Below, one piece after another: positions 11,580-23,300 of a stretch of 60,000 nucleotides of DNA. The notes beneath the pieces were generated by a model. It searched no databases, was not told where the DNA came from, and saw only the letters and a program-made list of their open reading frames with translations. The stretch is from Lama glama. Lineage: Eukaryota. Location: contig CM052817.1 in the NCBI GenBank assembly GCA_028534125.1, positions 1,986,001-2,046,000 on the forward strand. The letters are read 5' to 3'. The translations under genes and the position numbers were made by a program. Each line of letters starts with the position of its first letter. Positions within the stretch are counted from its first letter, which is position 1.

Positions 11580-12222
11580 GCTGGATCTTGATGCTAACGA
11601 TCCATTCGAGATGTTAGCCTCCAGGAAAGCTCTTGTATATGAACACTCTCAGAATATCCACCACCAGCTTTTATGTCCCCTGGATGAGCCACAGCCATCC
11701 ACCATGTCCCCTGGGGACCCTCCAAATCCAACAGGCAGGTCTGGCCCAGGTTCCTGTGAAATCACTGCCTCTGCCCTTGGACTCAGCACACGCAAGTTTC
11801 CGTGTATGCTTCCCAAGCAAATGGAGTCTCCTTTTCCCCCAATCCCATGAGGCTCCCAGAGCCAAGTCCCCCTGGCCTTCAAACCCAGATTTCCTGGGGT
11901 CTCCTTCTCTTCCCAAAGCCAGAACCCGGGCTGGGGAGCCTGACAAGGGGCTTAGAGCTCTCACTTCTGTGGGAGGGTGACTTAGCTATTGTTCAGCTTG
12001 TGGGTCACCCACCCAGGGGGAATGGGACCCAGTTATATTGCGAGCACGCCCCTCCTACCGTCCTGCTGTGGTTCCCTCTTTATGTTTTCAGTTGCAGATC
12101 TTTTTTGCTAAGTTCCAGTCTTTTTTCCGGTGGTTGTCTAGCAGTCAGTTGTGGATTTGTTGCAGTCACGAGGAGAGGCGAGCTCGTGGTCCTACCACTC
12201 CGCCATCTCGACTGGAAATCTC
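11580..12222 (-). mobile_element. LINE-1 5' UTR (promoter end), minus strand
   Basis: Reverse complement begins gagatttccagtcgagATGGCGGagtggtaggac..., the YY1-type start (ccgccatct at 12200-12208 on +) typical of L1 5' ends. Confidence 0.7.
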
Positions 12223-15200
12223 TTCTTCCTCCCTTTTGGCATATTGAATCTTTTGTTTAAAAAATCCTATTAAGAGATGAAATTTGTTTTGTCTGTTATT
12301 AATATAGCTACATGAGCTTTCTCTGAGTCAGAATTTTCTGTCATTTTGTTTAAACTTTTCCAGTTCTCCGTGTGCTAGGATTGCTACCAGAAGTGGTAGA
12401 TAGTGGGATATCTTTCCTGATCCAGTTTGACATTCTGATAGTTCAAGAGTAAGATCAGAATAAATTGGCAAATTTAGTCCATTTATATTTATTGGGATTA
12501 CTGGCATGTGGAGTCTTGGTTCCGTGATGTTACTGTGTACTTTCTGTAAATCTGTCTTTTCTAGGCCCTCGCCCTCTCCCTGTGCTGTCCTGCCTTTGTT
12601 GGTGTGTTTTGCTTTCAAGGCTGTTGCTAGCTTCGTTCATCACCTTCTTTATTGGCTTGAAAGTTATGCTGCCCACCTTGTTCTATCTTTTAAAGGTTTT
12701 CATCCTCAGTGACTGCCTGGCACTTAGGTATTTGTTGAATAAGCAAACATATTCCTTAATTTTCTGTCCTGATCTGAATGTCCTTTCCTGTATATTCACC
12801 CTTTTCTTTCTTGCGCAGGAGACCCAGTCTCTGCTTCTTTCTCAAGAGGGGGACTCTGTGTGGCGAGGAGCCCCTTCCTTCAGCTCCACACGTCACTCCA
12901 TAGTCACCTCCACATTGTTGTCTAGTTTCATGTTGGAAACGGAATTTTGTTGATTCTAAAATCATTTTGATTTGGGGCTTGGCATTCTTCCTGATGTTCA
13001 GTGTTTTGTGGGAACAAGTTTCAGAGGTTGTGCATGTCATTCAGCTCAGGCCACCTCCGTGACCAGCTCTGGCGGGAAGTCTGTGCTCCTTTCCCCTTGC
13101 CAGATGGGTCCCTGTCAGGCTCTGCTCCCAGGGGATGGGTGGGAAAAGGGGAAGGGGCGTCTTGCAGTTCCTCCTGGCACTGCACTTGAGTCCAGTTTGC
13201 TGTTTCCTCATCTCTCTGGGGCCTCAATGCCCCCCAGACACCAGCTGTCACCCCTGCCCACTCTGAGGTCCGAGGTTCGGGTCCCAGCACCACCCACGTT
13301 GCATCTGGCGCAGAATTTAAACCCTTCTCCTCTCCTGTGCTGCCCCAGTCCCCGGGGTGCAGGCCCCCCACCGCCATCCTGGGGTCTCTTTTTACCTTTT
13401 CAGTTCTCGATACCTGGTTTGCAGTTCCTTATATGAAATTCTCTCTTAAAACAACTGGTGTGGTTTTGCTTTCTGACAGTATAGTGGGAGGAATGAGTGT
13501 GTTGGCTGGACATCTTACTCCTCAAATTCTCTTGGAAAAAACCTCCGGATGATCTGGCCTCTGCCTTAAGCTAAGCAGCCTCCCTGGCTGGAGTTTGCTC
13601 AGTGAGCGCCTGCTGTGCGCCAGGCGCTCGGGGGGTGGGGGCACAGCCCTCGCCCCACTGGGGCTCCTGGTCCAGTGCTTGCAGGCTTCAGGTCAGGCGT
13701 TTCTAGTTCTGACTGTCGTGGGGCGCGACCGGGGTCTGGCCCTGACTGCCTCCAGCCGCGTGACCCTGAGCAGGCCCCGCCCGGGCTGCGGGTTCTCGTC
13801 TGTGGTTGAGGAGGCTGGACTGGCACCCCAGGCAGTGGGCAGCCTTCAGTCGACCCAGGTTGTGCTGTTTCTCCTCCCTTGGCCTCGTCTGTGGCCAATG
13901 AAGGCATCCCTGCGGGGCCCGGGGCCCTTCTTGGTTTGAGGTGACAGTCCTGAGCAGGGTCCAGGAGTGGGGAGGGCCACACACTGAAGTCCATCCTGGC
14001 GTCCAGGTCGTGTCCTCGATGCCGGGGGCCGGCCTCCTGGGAGGCGCTTGCGGGCGGTGAGGGGGACTTGGCTCCACCAGTGCTTCCGGGCGTTGGGGCG
14101 CAGCAGCCTCGGGTGGGGGCCTGGTGTCACCCCCTTGCCTTCACAAGCAGTTGTGATGAGTTGTGTGCAATTTAAAAAGTCGAGTTGGCTTTGAAGAAAG
14201 CTGATTTTTAGACCATTTGGATCGTAATCGCCCCTGTTCAGTTCTGTTTGGGGGTGCCGGCAGGGGTGCTGCCTCAGTGGCGATTTGCCGGGACTTCGCT
14301 GAAGCACAGCACTGCCCGTGCACCGTGGCCTGAGGAGAGCCTTCTGGGTGAGGGCAGGATGCAGGGAACCTGGGAAGAGGGCTGTTGGGAGAAGAGGGTA
14401 GAAGAGAAGGCAGTCCCGGCGCTGAGGGCTCCTCCGTGGCGGTGTCAGGAGCGTCAGTAGGGCAGCCGCGGGGCTCGTCTGCGGGGCTCGTCCGCAGGCG
14501 GCAGGCGGCAGGCGGCCAGGGGCTTGGGGGCAGGTGCTTTCCTGCGGAAGGGTGGGTTACAGGTGCGTTAATGGGGTTGGGGGTGAGCGTCTGCGGGGTC
14601 GTGGTGCAGAAACTTAGCCCAGAGAGCTTTACAAGGAAGTGCCGCGACGTTTCCCCTTTCTGCAGGATGCCCGGGCCCTTCTGCAGGTGGGGGGCAGGGA
14701 GAGCCCTCCACTTCCTAGTCTTTAGAAAACATGGCACGTCCTTTGTGCCTGAAGTCGGTCACTCAGGATTTCAGGTCCCCTGGAAATCAAAGATTTTCAG
14801 CTGTGATGCTTTTTATTTTTAAAGTGTGATGATTTATTCGCTGGAACCAAGACCACATTTGGGGAGGTGTCTGGCATAATGACAGTGGATTAATTCCGGT
14901 CATTTCCCGAACAAAGAATAAGATGTTTAATGGCTGGTTATTTCGTGCACTTGCGTTGGTTTGGTCTTCAGACACCAGCTGAATGTCTAGGGATTCTTTA
15001 GTTTCCTAAAATGCTTACAAAATTATGTGCCAGCAGGAGCCTGCTGAAAACCAGTCTTTATCTCACGAATGATTCCCCCACCCCCTCGTGCTTTCCCGTT
15101 GCCCTGGGACGTGGACTTCGAGGCTAGGGTTGCTCTCTGGGACGCACAGTTGGAAGCAGCACAGCAAGTGCCTGGGGATCCCAGGATGATTCTTTTTTTC

Positions 15201-15770
15201 AAGTTTGTGTTTTATGTTGTGGTGACCTTGACCTGGACGATCTGGAGGCCCCGATTCCTCCAGGCCATGCATCAGGCAGAACTCAAGTCCCCTCCCAAGA
15301 AGGTAATGACATCTTTTTCTTTGTGTCTAGGGCTCAAAGTTTGGGCGGGGCCTTGGGCTGGCCCTGCCACCTCAGCGCGCCTCTGCTCGGAGATCTTTCG
15401 GGAGGGCCAGGAGGCTGAGCATCACCCGCTCCCTTGATGATCTCGAGGTAACTTCTTTTTAGTTTTGCTTCTTTCATTCTCCTGGTTTTTAAAAATGAAA
15501 AGCAATCTTGCAGACACAGCTGAATCTGCTTTGAACCCCACCCTGATCCTACTCCCCCCTCCCTCTCATGACCTCGGTCTTCAAGTGGGGCTTCTGCTCA
15601 CCCCGGCCCTTCCCCCACCCCACGTCCCCAACCCTTTTCCTCCACTCCACTGTCTGCACGGCATTGTGCTATGTCCCCTGTTCTCTTACGAGCCAGACGC
15701 TCTCGTAGACACTCTGGGATGTGAACTAGTTTAACCTTCACAGGAACTCTCTAGGGGGCCTGTCATTCGC

Positions 15771-16388
15771 TGTGACTGAACCAAACTTGGGTCTGTTGGC
15801 CCAGCACACAGGAAAGCCATCTCCTGACACCAGGCTGTGGTGAAGGAAAGTGCAGCCTTTATTGCAGGGCATCCAGCAAGGAGAACGGGCAGCTCATGCT
15901 CAAAAGACCCCAACTCCCCAAAGGCCTTCAGGGAAGGGCTTTGAAAGGCAGTGTGAGGGCGGGGGTCCCGGGGTGTGTGATGAGCTCATGCACAGTTCTC
16001 TGACTGGTTGGTGGGGAGGTAACAGGGTGATGTCTCGGGGACCTCGATTGCCAGCCTTCTGGTTCCAACCAGTCTGGGCTCTGTGTGCTGGTGATCAGCG
16101 TGCAGTTAGCTTCTTTCGCCTGGTGAGGGTTTCAGTTTCTGCAGAACAAAGATATGAATCAGGGTGTTATCTACAGCCTTTGAGGAGGAGCTGAAGGTCC
16201 TTGACTCTGTTTTATGGCTAAAGTATTACTATTTGTCTTGCTTGACTGTTTCCTCTGCCTCTACATTTTCTCACTTGTCTGGTCAAATTTGCTCTTGGGT
16301 AAGGCCTAGGAGGCTAAAGCTTCTCAAGAGGAAGGGGACACTAGGAGGGTCTGTAAAGGAAGGCCGGGAGGGGTCCTGCTCTGTTTCA
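15771..16388 (-). mobile_element. Solo ERV1-class LTR
   Basis: TG...CA termini, minus-strand AATAAA (tttatt near 15858), internal gcaaggagaacgggcagctcatgctcaaaagaccc motif of ERV1-class LTRs. No clean TSD seen; family not assigned. Confidence 0.7.
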
Positions 16389-16479
16389 TACTCCCTTTTA
16401 AAGATGCAGTATTGATCCATAGCTACTGAGAGCATCATTTTGTGTGGTCCTTTTCTTTGACCTGTAGCCCTTCAAAAGT

Positions 16480-18240
16480 TAATAGACTTTACTCTTAGAG
16501 CAGCTTTAGGTTTGCAGAAGAGTTAAGCAGGAGGCACGGAGAGTTCCCTGGTGCACTGGTGCGGTGCACTGGTACGTTATCATCAGCCTACGTTCATAGC
16601 TTGCGAGACAGGTCCCTCTCTGTGCTGCGTATCCTGAAGGCTTGGACAATGTGTAAGCTCACGCAGCCACTGCTGCCTTGTTACCCAGAGCATTCACACC
16701 CTGAAATCCTCTGGGCTTCCCTGTGCACCCTCCCTGCTTGCCCTGAACCCCTGGGATCCACGGTCCTTTTACTGGCTCGTTTTGTATGTTCTAACATTTT
16801 ACACGGGTGTAATCCTACTGTATGTCTTATTCTGCCATTTTAAAAACGTTGTAGTATATTTTCAAGATTTGCCTTGTAATTTTTTCAAATTGAAGTCTAG
16901 TCAGTTACAATGTCAATTTCTGGTGCATAGCGTCGTGCTTCAGTTGTACATACACATACATATGTTCGTTTTCATATTCTTTTTCGTTATAGGCTACTGC
17001 AAGATATTGAATATAGCTCCTTGTGCTATACAGAAGAAACTTGTTCTTTTAAATCTGTTTTTATATACCTTGTAGTTTTAGTTATTTTACTTGTTATGTG
17101 GCATTTCATTATGTCTGTGCCACAGTTTTTTATCCACTCTGCTGTTACCGGGCACTCGGTGGAAGGTGGGAACAGCCATCTCTGAGCAGAGCTTCCGTGG
17201 ACACTGTCACACAGGTGTCCTTGCACCCACCCGGGGCTGTGGGCAGTGATCCAGGAGCAAGGAGGCTGCGACAGGCACGGCCGAGCGCCACTCACAGGCT
17301 CTGGTCACCAGCAGGACATGGGTCCCTGTGACCCCCTGCTCACCAACGCTTGGTACTGTTAATCTTGAATTTGTCCCTGTTCCAGTAAAATGCCAGCTTG
17401 TTTGAATCTGCATTTCACTGACTGTGAGTGAGGCTGAGCATCACATCATGGGTTCTTTGTCTATTCAAGTGTTTTCCTTTTTGAATTAGTAGCCTATACA
17501 TATCCTTCTCCTAGTTTTAAAATTTTTTATTTAATTTATTTTATTACTTTAAAAATAGATTTTATAGCAATTTTCTTTTTTAATATATTTTGGGTACAGA
17601 TCCTCGGTCAGAGAAATGTTTTGAAGATCTTCTCTGTGACTTATGTCTACGTTTGTTTAGGACGTCTTTATATATTTTTTTAATTGCAGTAAAATATAAT
17701 ATAAAATTTACCATTTTAAGTGTCCAGTTCAGTGGCAGTAAGTACATGCGCATTGTTTGCAACTGTCTGCCATCAGCTCCAGAGCTCTTCCGTCCTTCCC
17801 GGTTGAAACTCATGCCCCAGGCCCCTCCCTGGCCTCTGGCTCTCAGCATCTGACTTTCTGTCTCTGTGAACTTGACTGGTCTCATCTAATCATACGGTAT
17901 TTGTCCTTGTGTGTCTGGCTTTTTTCACTGAGCACAGTAAAATTTTCTTCCTTTTAAAGGCTGAATAATACTCCACTGTGTGGCTGGACCACGTCCTGTT
18001 TGCCCGTTTGTCTGTGATGGACTCTTGGGTGGCTGGACCACATCCTGTTTGCCCGTTTGTCTGTGATGGACTCTGGGGTGGCCGGACCACGTCCTCTTTG
18101 CCCATTTGTCTGTGATGGACTCTGGGGTGGCCGGACCACGTCCTCTTTGCCCATTTGTCTGTGATGGACTCTGGGGTGGCCCCACCTCTGCCTGATATGG
18201 ATGCTGCTGCTTTGAATACAAGCGTACAGACATCTGTCTG
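16480..18240 (-). mobile_element. Cluster of nested old L1 3' fragments (L1MB/MC-like) with a younger L1 3' end at about 16880-17067
   Basis: aatagactttactcttagagcagctttaggtttgcagaa; aaaatttaccattttaagtgtccagttcagtggca; ggctgaataatactccactg are L1 3' UTR signatures. CCTTGTA repeats flank the younger insert. Confidence 0.7.
17980..18180. repeat. 49-bp minisatellite, about 4.1 copies
   Basis: Units start at 17980, 18029, 18078, 18127 and 18176 (partial); consensus GTGGCYGGACCACGTCCTSTTTGCCCRTTTGTCTGTGATGGACTCTGGG. Confidence 0.95.
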
Positions 18241-19419
18241 AGTTCAGTGACGTTTTAAAAGTTAACTGTGAGATATTTCTTACAGACACAATAACAATTA
18301 TCTGGAATAAATTGACTGTTTCTTTGCGGGGGAGTGTAAAACAGTATGTTAATTTGTGTTCTGATGCAGAATTGGAATCATTGGCTGTTAGAGCTGGAAG
18401 TGCCTCGGATTCACCTCCTTTTCCAGAGGAGAGAAGGGGAACTCGTTCGGAGGGTTTTCAGAGAGTCCGGGTGTGGGTTGCAGGGCTGGGCGGGGTGTGT
18501 GGACAGGGTGGGTGGCTGGAGTGGGTCCCGGGCAGGGGAAGGAACCCTGCCCGTGGGGCCCAGGGCTCTGGGGTCCCTCCGGCAGGGGGTCTCAGCCCCA
18601 CCTGCGTTCTCCCTTCAGGAGTTTCGCCAGGCGTTGTCTCTGCATTTTCCTGGGAGAGGGGTCTCTTCAGGGGCCTGAGCCCCGAGAGGTTTAGCGGTGG
18701 CTTGGGACCAGCCCCCAGGCCCTGCGGTCACGTTCCCTCTCCTCACGACAAACAGCCAGGGGTCTGCTGTCACTGGCAGGCTAACTGAGGACAGGCTGAC
18801 ACCTCCTGTCTCTCCCTGACCGTCTCCATCTCTTCAGCAGGTGTGATATCCCCACTCCTGGTCCTCACAACCGTGCCTGGGCCCCTCCCAGAGGCTCCGG
18901 CTTTCACATCTTGCCTTTAACGGTCCTCAGTCATCCTGGCCTGCTAGTCACCCTGCCCAGCTCCACTGCACAAGTCCAGTTTCCAGCCCACTTTCTGGAG
19001 TGCTCGAGACACCGGGGTCTTGGGTTGAGCTCCCTGGAGCAGACTCAGACTGGGGCCATCTGAACAGTGTGGTGAGGAGGACCTGGTAAGGACCCGCGCG
19101 TAGCAGGGTGATAAGTAGCCAGTGCATCAGGTCAATCCTAATGAGCTGTGACTGTGTAAAGCAGAACTAACTCTGTTTTGTTTGGTTTAAAAATATGTAA
19201 AATTAAATGACACCACAGCAGTGAGTGAGCACGGGGACAGAGGTAAATGGGGTTCGGTGTTTCCGGGTGCTTACCTGGGCGAGGGAGAGGAGGAAGGTGT
19301 AATAAAATGTGATTTTTACAAGAGAAGGATGCACAGGGTAATCTCCGAGCAACCTAAGACAATAAAATAATGGCTAAATTTTAAATTAATAGAAGGAAAA
19401 AATAATCAGTTGTGGATGC

Positions 19420-20360
19420 AGTTAGAAAATGACATAGATTCAATACAATTTTAATGAAAATCCCAGCAGGTGGTTTTTGGAGCTTAAGGTGATTCCAAAA
19501 ATTTCCTGGAAATGCAAAGGGCAAAGTGTAGCCAAGATACTCTTGAAGAAGAATAGATAGGAAGACTTTTTTGGTCAGCTGTTGGAATTTATGATCAAGT
19601 TAGAGCGATGTAAACGTAAGAGTTGGCACACGGATAGACAGACAGACGTGGAGTAGCAGAGAGAGCCCAGACAGACGCAGCCACTGCGGACCCTCGGGCT
19701 GTGAGCGCCGAGCAGGGATGGTGGTGCTGGAGTAAGTGGAGGTCTCCATGGAAAAAGAGAGAAAGAACTCGACTCTCCCCCGTGCCGTGCACGCAGTCAT
19801 CGCAGATCCGACTGGCGGCACAGAGTCAGTAGAGGGCACAGTAGTCGCACGTCTTCATGGCTGGGGAGGGAGCGACTCTTTAAGCTGAGCACAAAAAGCG
19901 CTGATCACAAAGGGCAGGACTGACTGACTCGGCGAATGCTCGGAACCTGCTTCACCCCGACACTCGTCCCTGGAGCACGAGCAGGGCCGTCAGCCATGCA
20001 ATGAGACAAGTGTCGTGTGCACGTGCCAGGAGAAGTGCGCGAGAGTTCAGGGCGGCGGTCGCCAGGACGGTCCGCACCCGCAGTGGACAGACTGACTCGG
20101 GTACTGGAAGGCTCTGCGGCTGCCTCGTAGCATGGACCGAGGTCCCAGACAGAAGGTAGATGCAGAAGAACGTGTCTGCACGGTTCCATTCATGCCGCCG
20201 TGGCTTTTGGTGGTGCGTCCAGTGTAGGACTGTGGAGAGAAGTGGAACGTGGTCACGCTTTTCCTTGTGACCTGGCAGGGGCTATGTGGGCTTCCCTCTG
20301 TGATAAACCACCGTATTCCGCTTGTGTTCTTTTTGGAATTTGTGCTACTTTCAATATAAG
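19420..20360 (+). mobile_element. Ancient L1 (ORF2 C-terminal region and 3' end), heavily diverged
   Basis: gattcaatacaattttaatgaaaatcccagcagg...ggaaatgcaaagggcaaagtgtagccaagatactcttgaagaagaa corresponds to L1 ORF2 RFNAIPIKIP...KCKGPRIAKTILKK. Confidence 0.7.
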
Positions 20361-23300
20361 TGATGGGCGTGGTCAGTGTCTCCTCCAGCCCCGGGACTGC
20401 TGGAGTGGGCAGTGCTGACCACCAGGGTTAGGGCTTTGCTGGTGGGCCTGAGAGGGGAACTGGGCCCAGGGACCACGGGTGTGTGGGGAGGGGGAGGTCC
20501 TTGTGGGCTGGGGTCCTCTTTGAAGGGCTCTCGAGACAGGAGGTGGAGGTCAGAGGATGAGATGTTGCTATGGAAACGTCAGAGGTGAGTTTGTGTGTTT
20601 TGGTCGTGACGGGGTGGGTAGTGACCCGAGGGGCTGAGTAGGAAGGGTGTCCTCTGCCCTCAGTGTGTCCAGTCAGCCACAGAAAGAGGTCTTAGCACTT
20701 GTGAGATGTCTTCAAGGTGCCGAGCGAGGCCATCTGGGGGACCCGGGTGCAGGGGTCCCGCCGAGCTGAACGGCACAGACCTAAGAGGGAACTCTGCCCC
20801 CGAGCCCAGTGTGGAGCTGTGCTGTGCTGGGAGCTGGGCTGATCCTGCAGACTGTTCGCTGGGGTTCCTCCACGAGCTCACTCCTTCAAGGGTTGTGGCC
20901 TGTGCTGGTGCCTCCTACCTGAGACAGGCAGGTACAGTTGGCGGGGGCTGGCAGTGCCAGGCCCGGACAGCAGGGGGCGCTGATGCCTCGAGTTTCTCCG
21001 GGTGGGAGAGGGGGCGCGGCACTGGAGAGGGAGCGCAGGGGGGGCTTTGCGCTCCCTCTGATGCTGAGTTTGCGTGTCAGAGGCAGGCAGGGCCCCAGCT
21101 AGACGTGAGACTCTGGGTGCAGCCGCCTGTCGACCTGGCTCGCTCCTTCCAGCCTCTGGCTCGCCTCTGGGACACTCTGGGCAATTTAGGAATTCACATT
21201 ATCTGGGATGAAATCTACACTAGTTCAAAACCAGCTCTTTTTACCTATTTCTTAGTTTACTATTCTGCTATTTCTAGGGGGATTTAACTTAGAAGTTTTT
21301 CTTACTTTAGTCTTTCATATGCTAGTTTCCTCTTTAAACTATTCACGCAGGAAATTATCTTAATACTCTTTAAGATCCTGTTAACTCAGGGGCATGCATA
21401 CACTAGCGCTTAATGCTGGGAGTGTTTCCTCACTCAGTGACTCTTTATTGAACACCTACTGTGTGCAGATGTGTTTCTGGCTCTGTGGACAGAGGTGGAC
21501 AAAACTGACATCAACTCCTGCCCAGAGAAGCTGGCCTCCCAGCTGGGATGGATGAGCCACACACGAGGTTGGGGAGGTGGGCGGGGCAGCATCGGGAGCC
21601 AGCTCTGGAAAGGGTCCCTCTGCCTGCTGGGCCCAGAATGAATGGTGGGGGCGTGGGGCAGGGTGGGGCAGTTAGGAGGGCGAGGTGGGTGTTGTGGGGT
21701 CGGGGCTTGGGCCAGGTGGATGGCGAGTGGTCAGACATCTCACCTTGGGTCAGGGGTGGAGAGCTGCATGGGGCGGGGAGAGACTCGAGGGTCCTGCCAC
21801 AGGGGTCACAGCCGAGGCCCTAAGCCCCGCTGCAGGAGGTCCCCAGGGGCCCTCCCTGGTCTCTCCTTATACCCACTTGGCTTCTTCCCCTGGAAGTCTT
21901 GGGCATCCCTGTGTGTGGTCTGACCCTCGCCCCTTGTCCTGCTCAGGCTGGCCTCCTCAGGCAGGAGAGGGACCGGGAGGGCTGTCGGGAGCTGCCTCTG
22001 AGGTCGTCCGCACTCATCTCCTGCGCTGTTGCTTTGAACCTTTAGTAAAGCGTGTGTGTCTCCCTCCCAGCCCAGCCTTGCCCAGGACTGGCGGCAGCCT
22101 CAGGAAGTCCTGATGGGTCCAGGACATTAAGGAGGAGGTGTCGCTCCCCAGGACTGGTGTGGGGCTGGGGACAGAGGCTAGTGAAGAGCCTGGGGAGGCA
22201 GGTAATAGCGAAGAGGGGACCCAGGACAAAGGAGGTGCTCTTTGGCTGGCCCCGACACCCCTGCCCATGGGCCCTTTCACTGGAACTTTGCCACTGGCCA
22301 GGTCCCTGGCCCAGGACTTAGCTCAAGAGGGTTCTCGCGCTGCCTGGCTGCCCTGTTCCTGCGGGGATGCCCTCTGCACCCCTGCTCTGTCCACCTGGCT
22401 GGACCCTCCCCGTCACCCTTGCGGAGCTGCTCTGACCTGGTCTGCCTCCCAGGGCCTCTCAGCACAGGCTTGTGGGTGGGCACGGGCCAAGGGAACGGAC
22501 GCCTCTGGGCTCCTGCAGCCCTGGGACTCGCCCTGGGTGCTGTCACCCGGTTTCCAGGGTGCCCACTGAGGCCCCGCTGCTTCCCAGTCACTTGCATTCT
22601 TGCTGGAGTTGCTAACAGTGTCGCCCATAGAGGGAACCCGGTGGACCCGGGGCTGGGGCTGAGAAGGACTCGGCTGTGAGCTGGCACGCTCCCGTGGCCT
22701 CTCCACGGCTGGTCATCCTGCAGGGCCCAGCTGGGCAGCTCCACACCACATGCCACCATCAGCCTTGTCTTCTCGTGCCCAAACGGGCAGTTGGCTGGAT
22801 TTTTTAGGGGCTGTGCTGGGCTTCGTAGGTGCAGGTCTGAACCAGGCCCCAACCTGGCCCCGAGTCAACACCCCCATCAGAAAGAGGAGGTTGTGATGGA
22901 GAGAGTGATGGTGCTTGGAATGTCTGGTCACTCGCTCCGAGGGCCTGGGGCCTCTCCTTCCCCAGGAAGCCAGCCAGGCTCTGGGCCACTGAGGGTGCCA
23001 CCTGGCACAGGGCAGTTTGTGGCCAAATTCTTGTCCCATCCTTTCCCTCTCCTGTCCCTGCAGACAGCAGAGGAGGGGGTAGATTGACAGCAAAAGAGGA
23101 GATGGTGAAACCCAAGGAGACAGAGAGACCCATAGGCAACAGCTGCGTGTGGACCCTGTTAGGCCTGGGCCGCCTTCCAACAGCGTGAAACACAGACAGG
23201 ATGAACCTGTGCTGCTTCTGTGGGGACCTGGTTGTTTCTGCCTGAAGTTAGAATTAAGACAAGACGGCTCAGCCTCTGGGTGCTGGCTTTTCCCATGGTC

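Noticed and set aside
10859..11850. Long ORFs of 252 and 271 aa
   Set aside because: Artefacts of reading through the N gap; only the L1 ORF2 part before 11080 is real.
10031..12220. Identical 10-mer ACTGGAAATC at 10031 and 12211 as a possible TSD of one inverted L1
   Set aside because: Both copies are explainable as native L1 sequence (LEIN codons and the 5' terminus), they lack an endonuclease-site context, and the gap prevents testing.
17980..18180. Regularly spaced repeats resembling a CRISPR array
   Set aside because: Contiguous head-to-tail units with no unique spacers, in mammalian L1-derived sequence.
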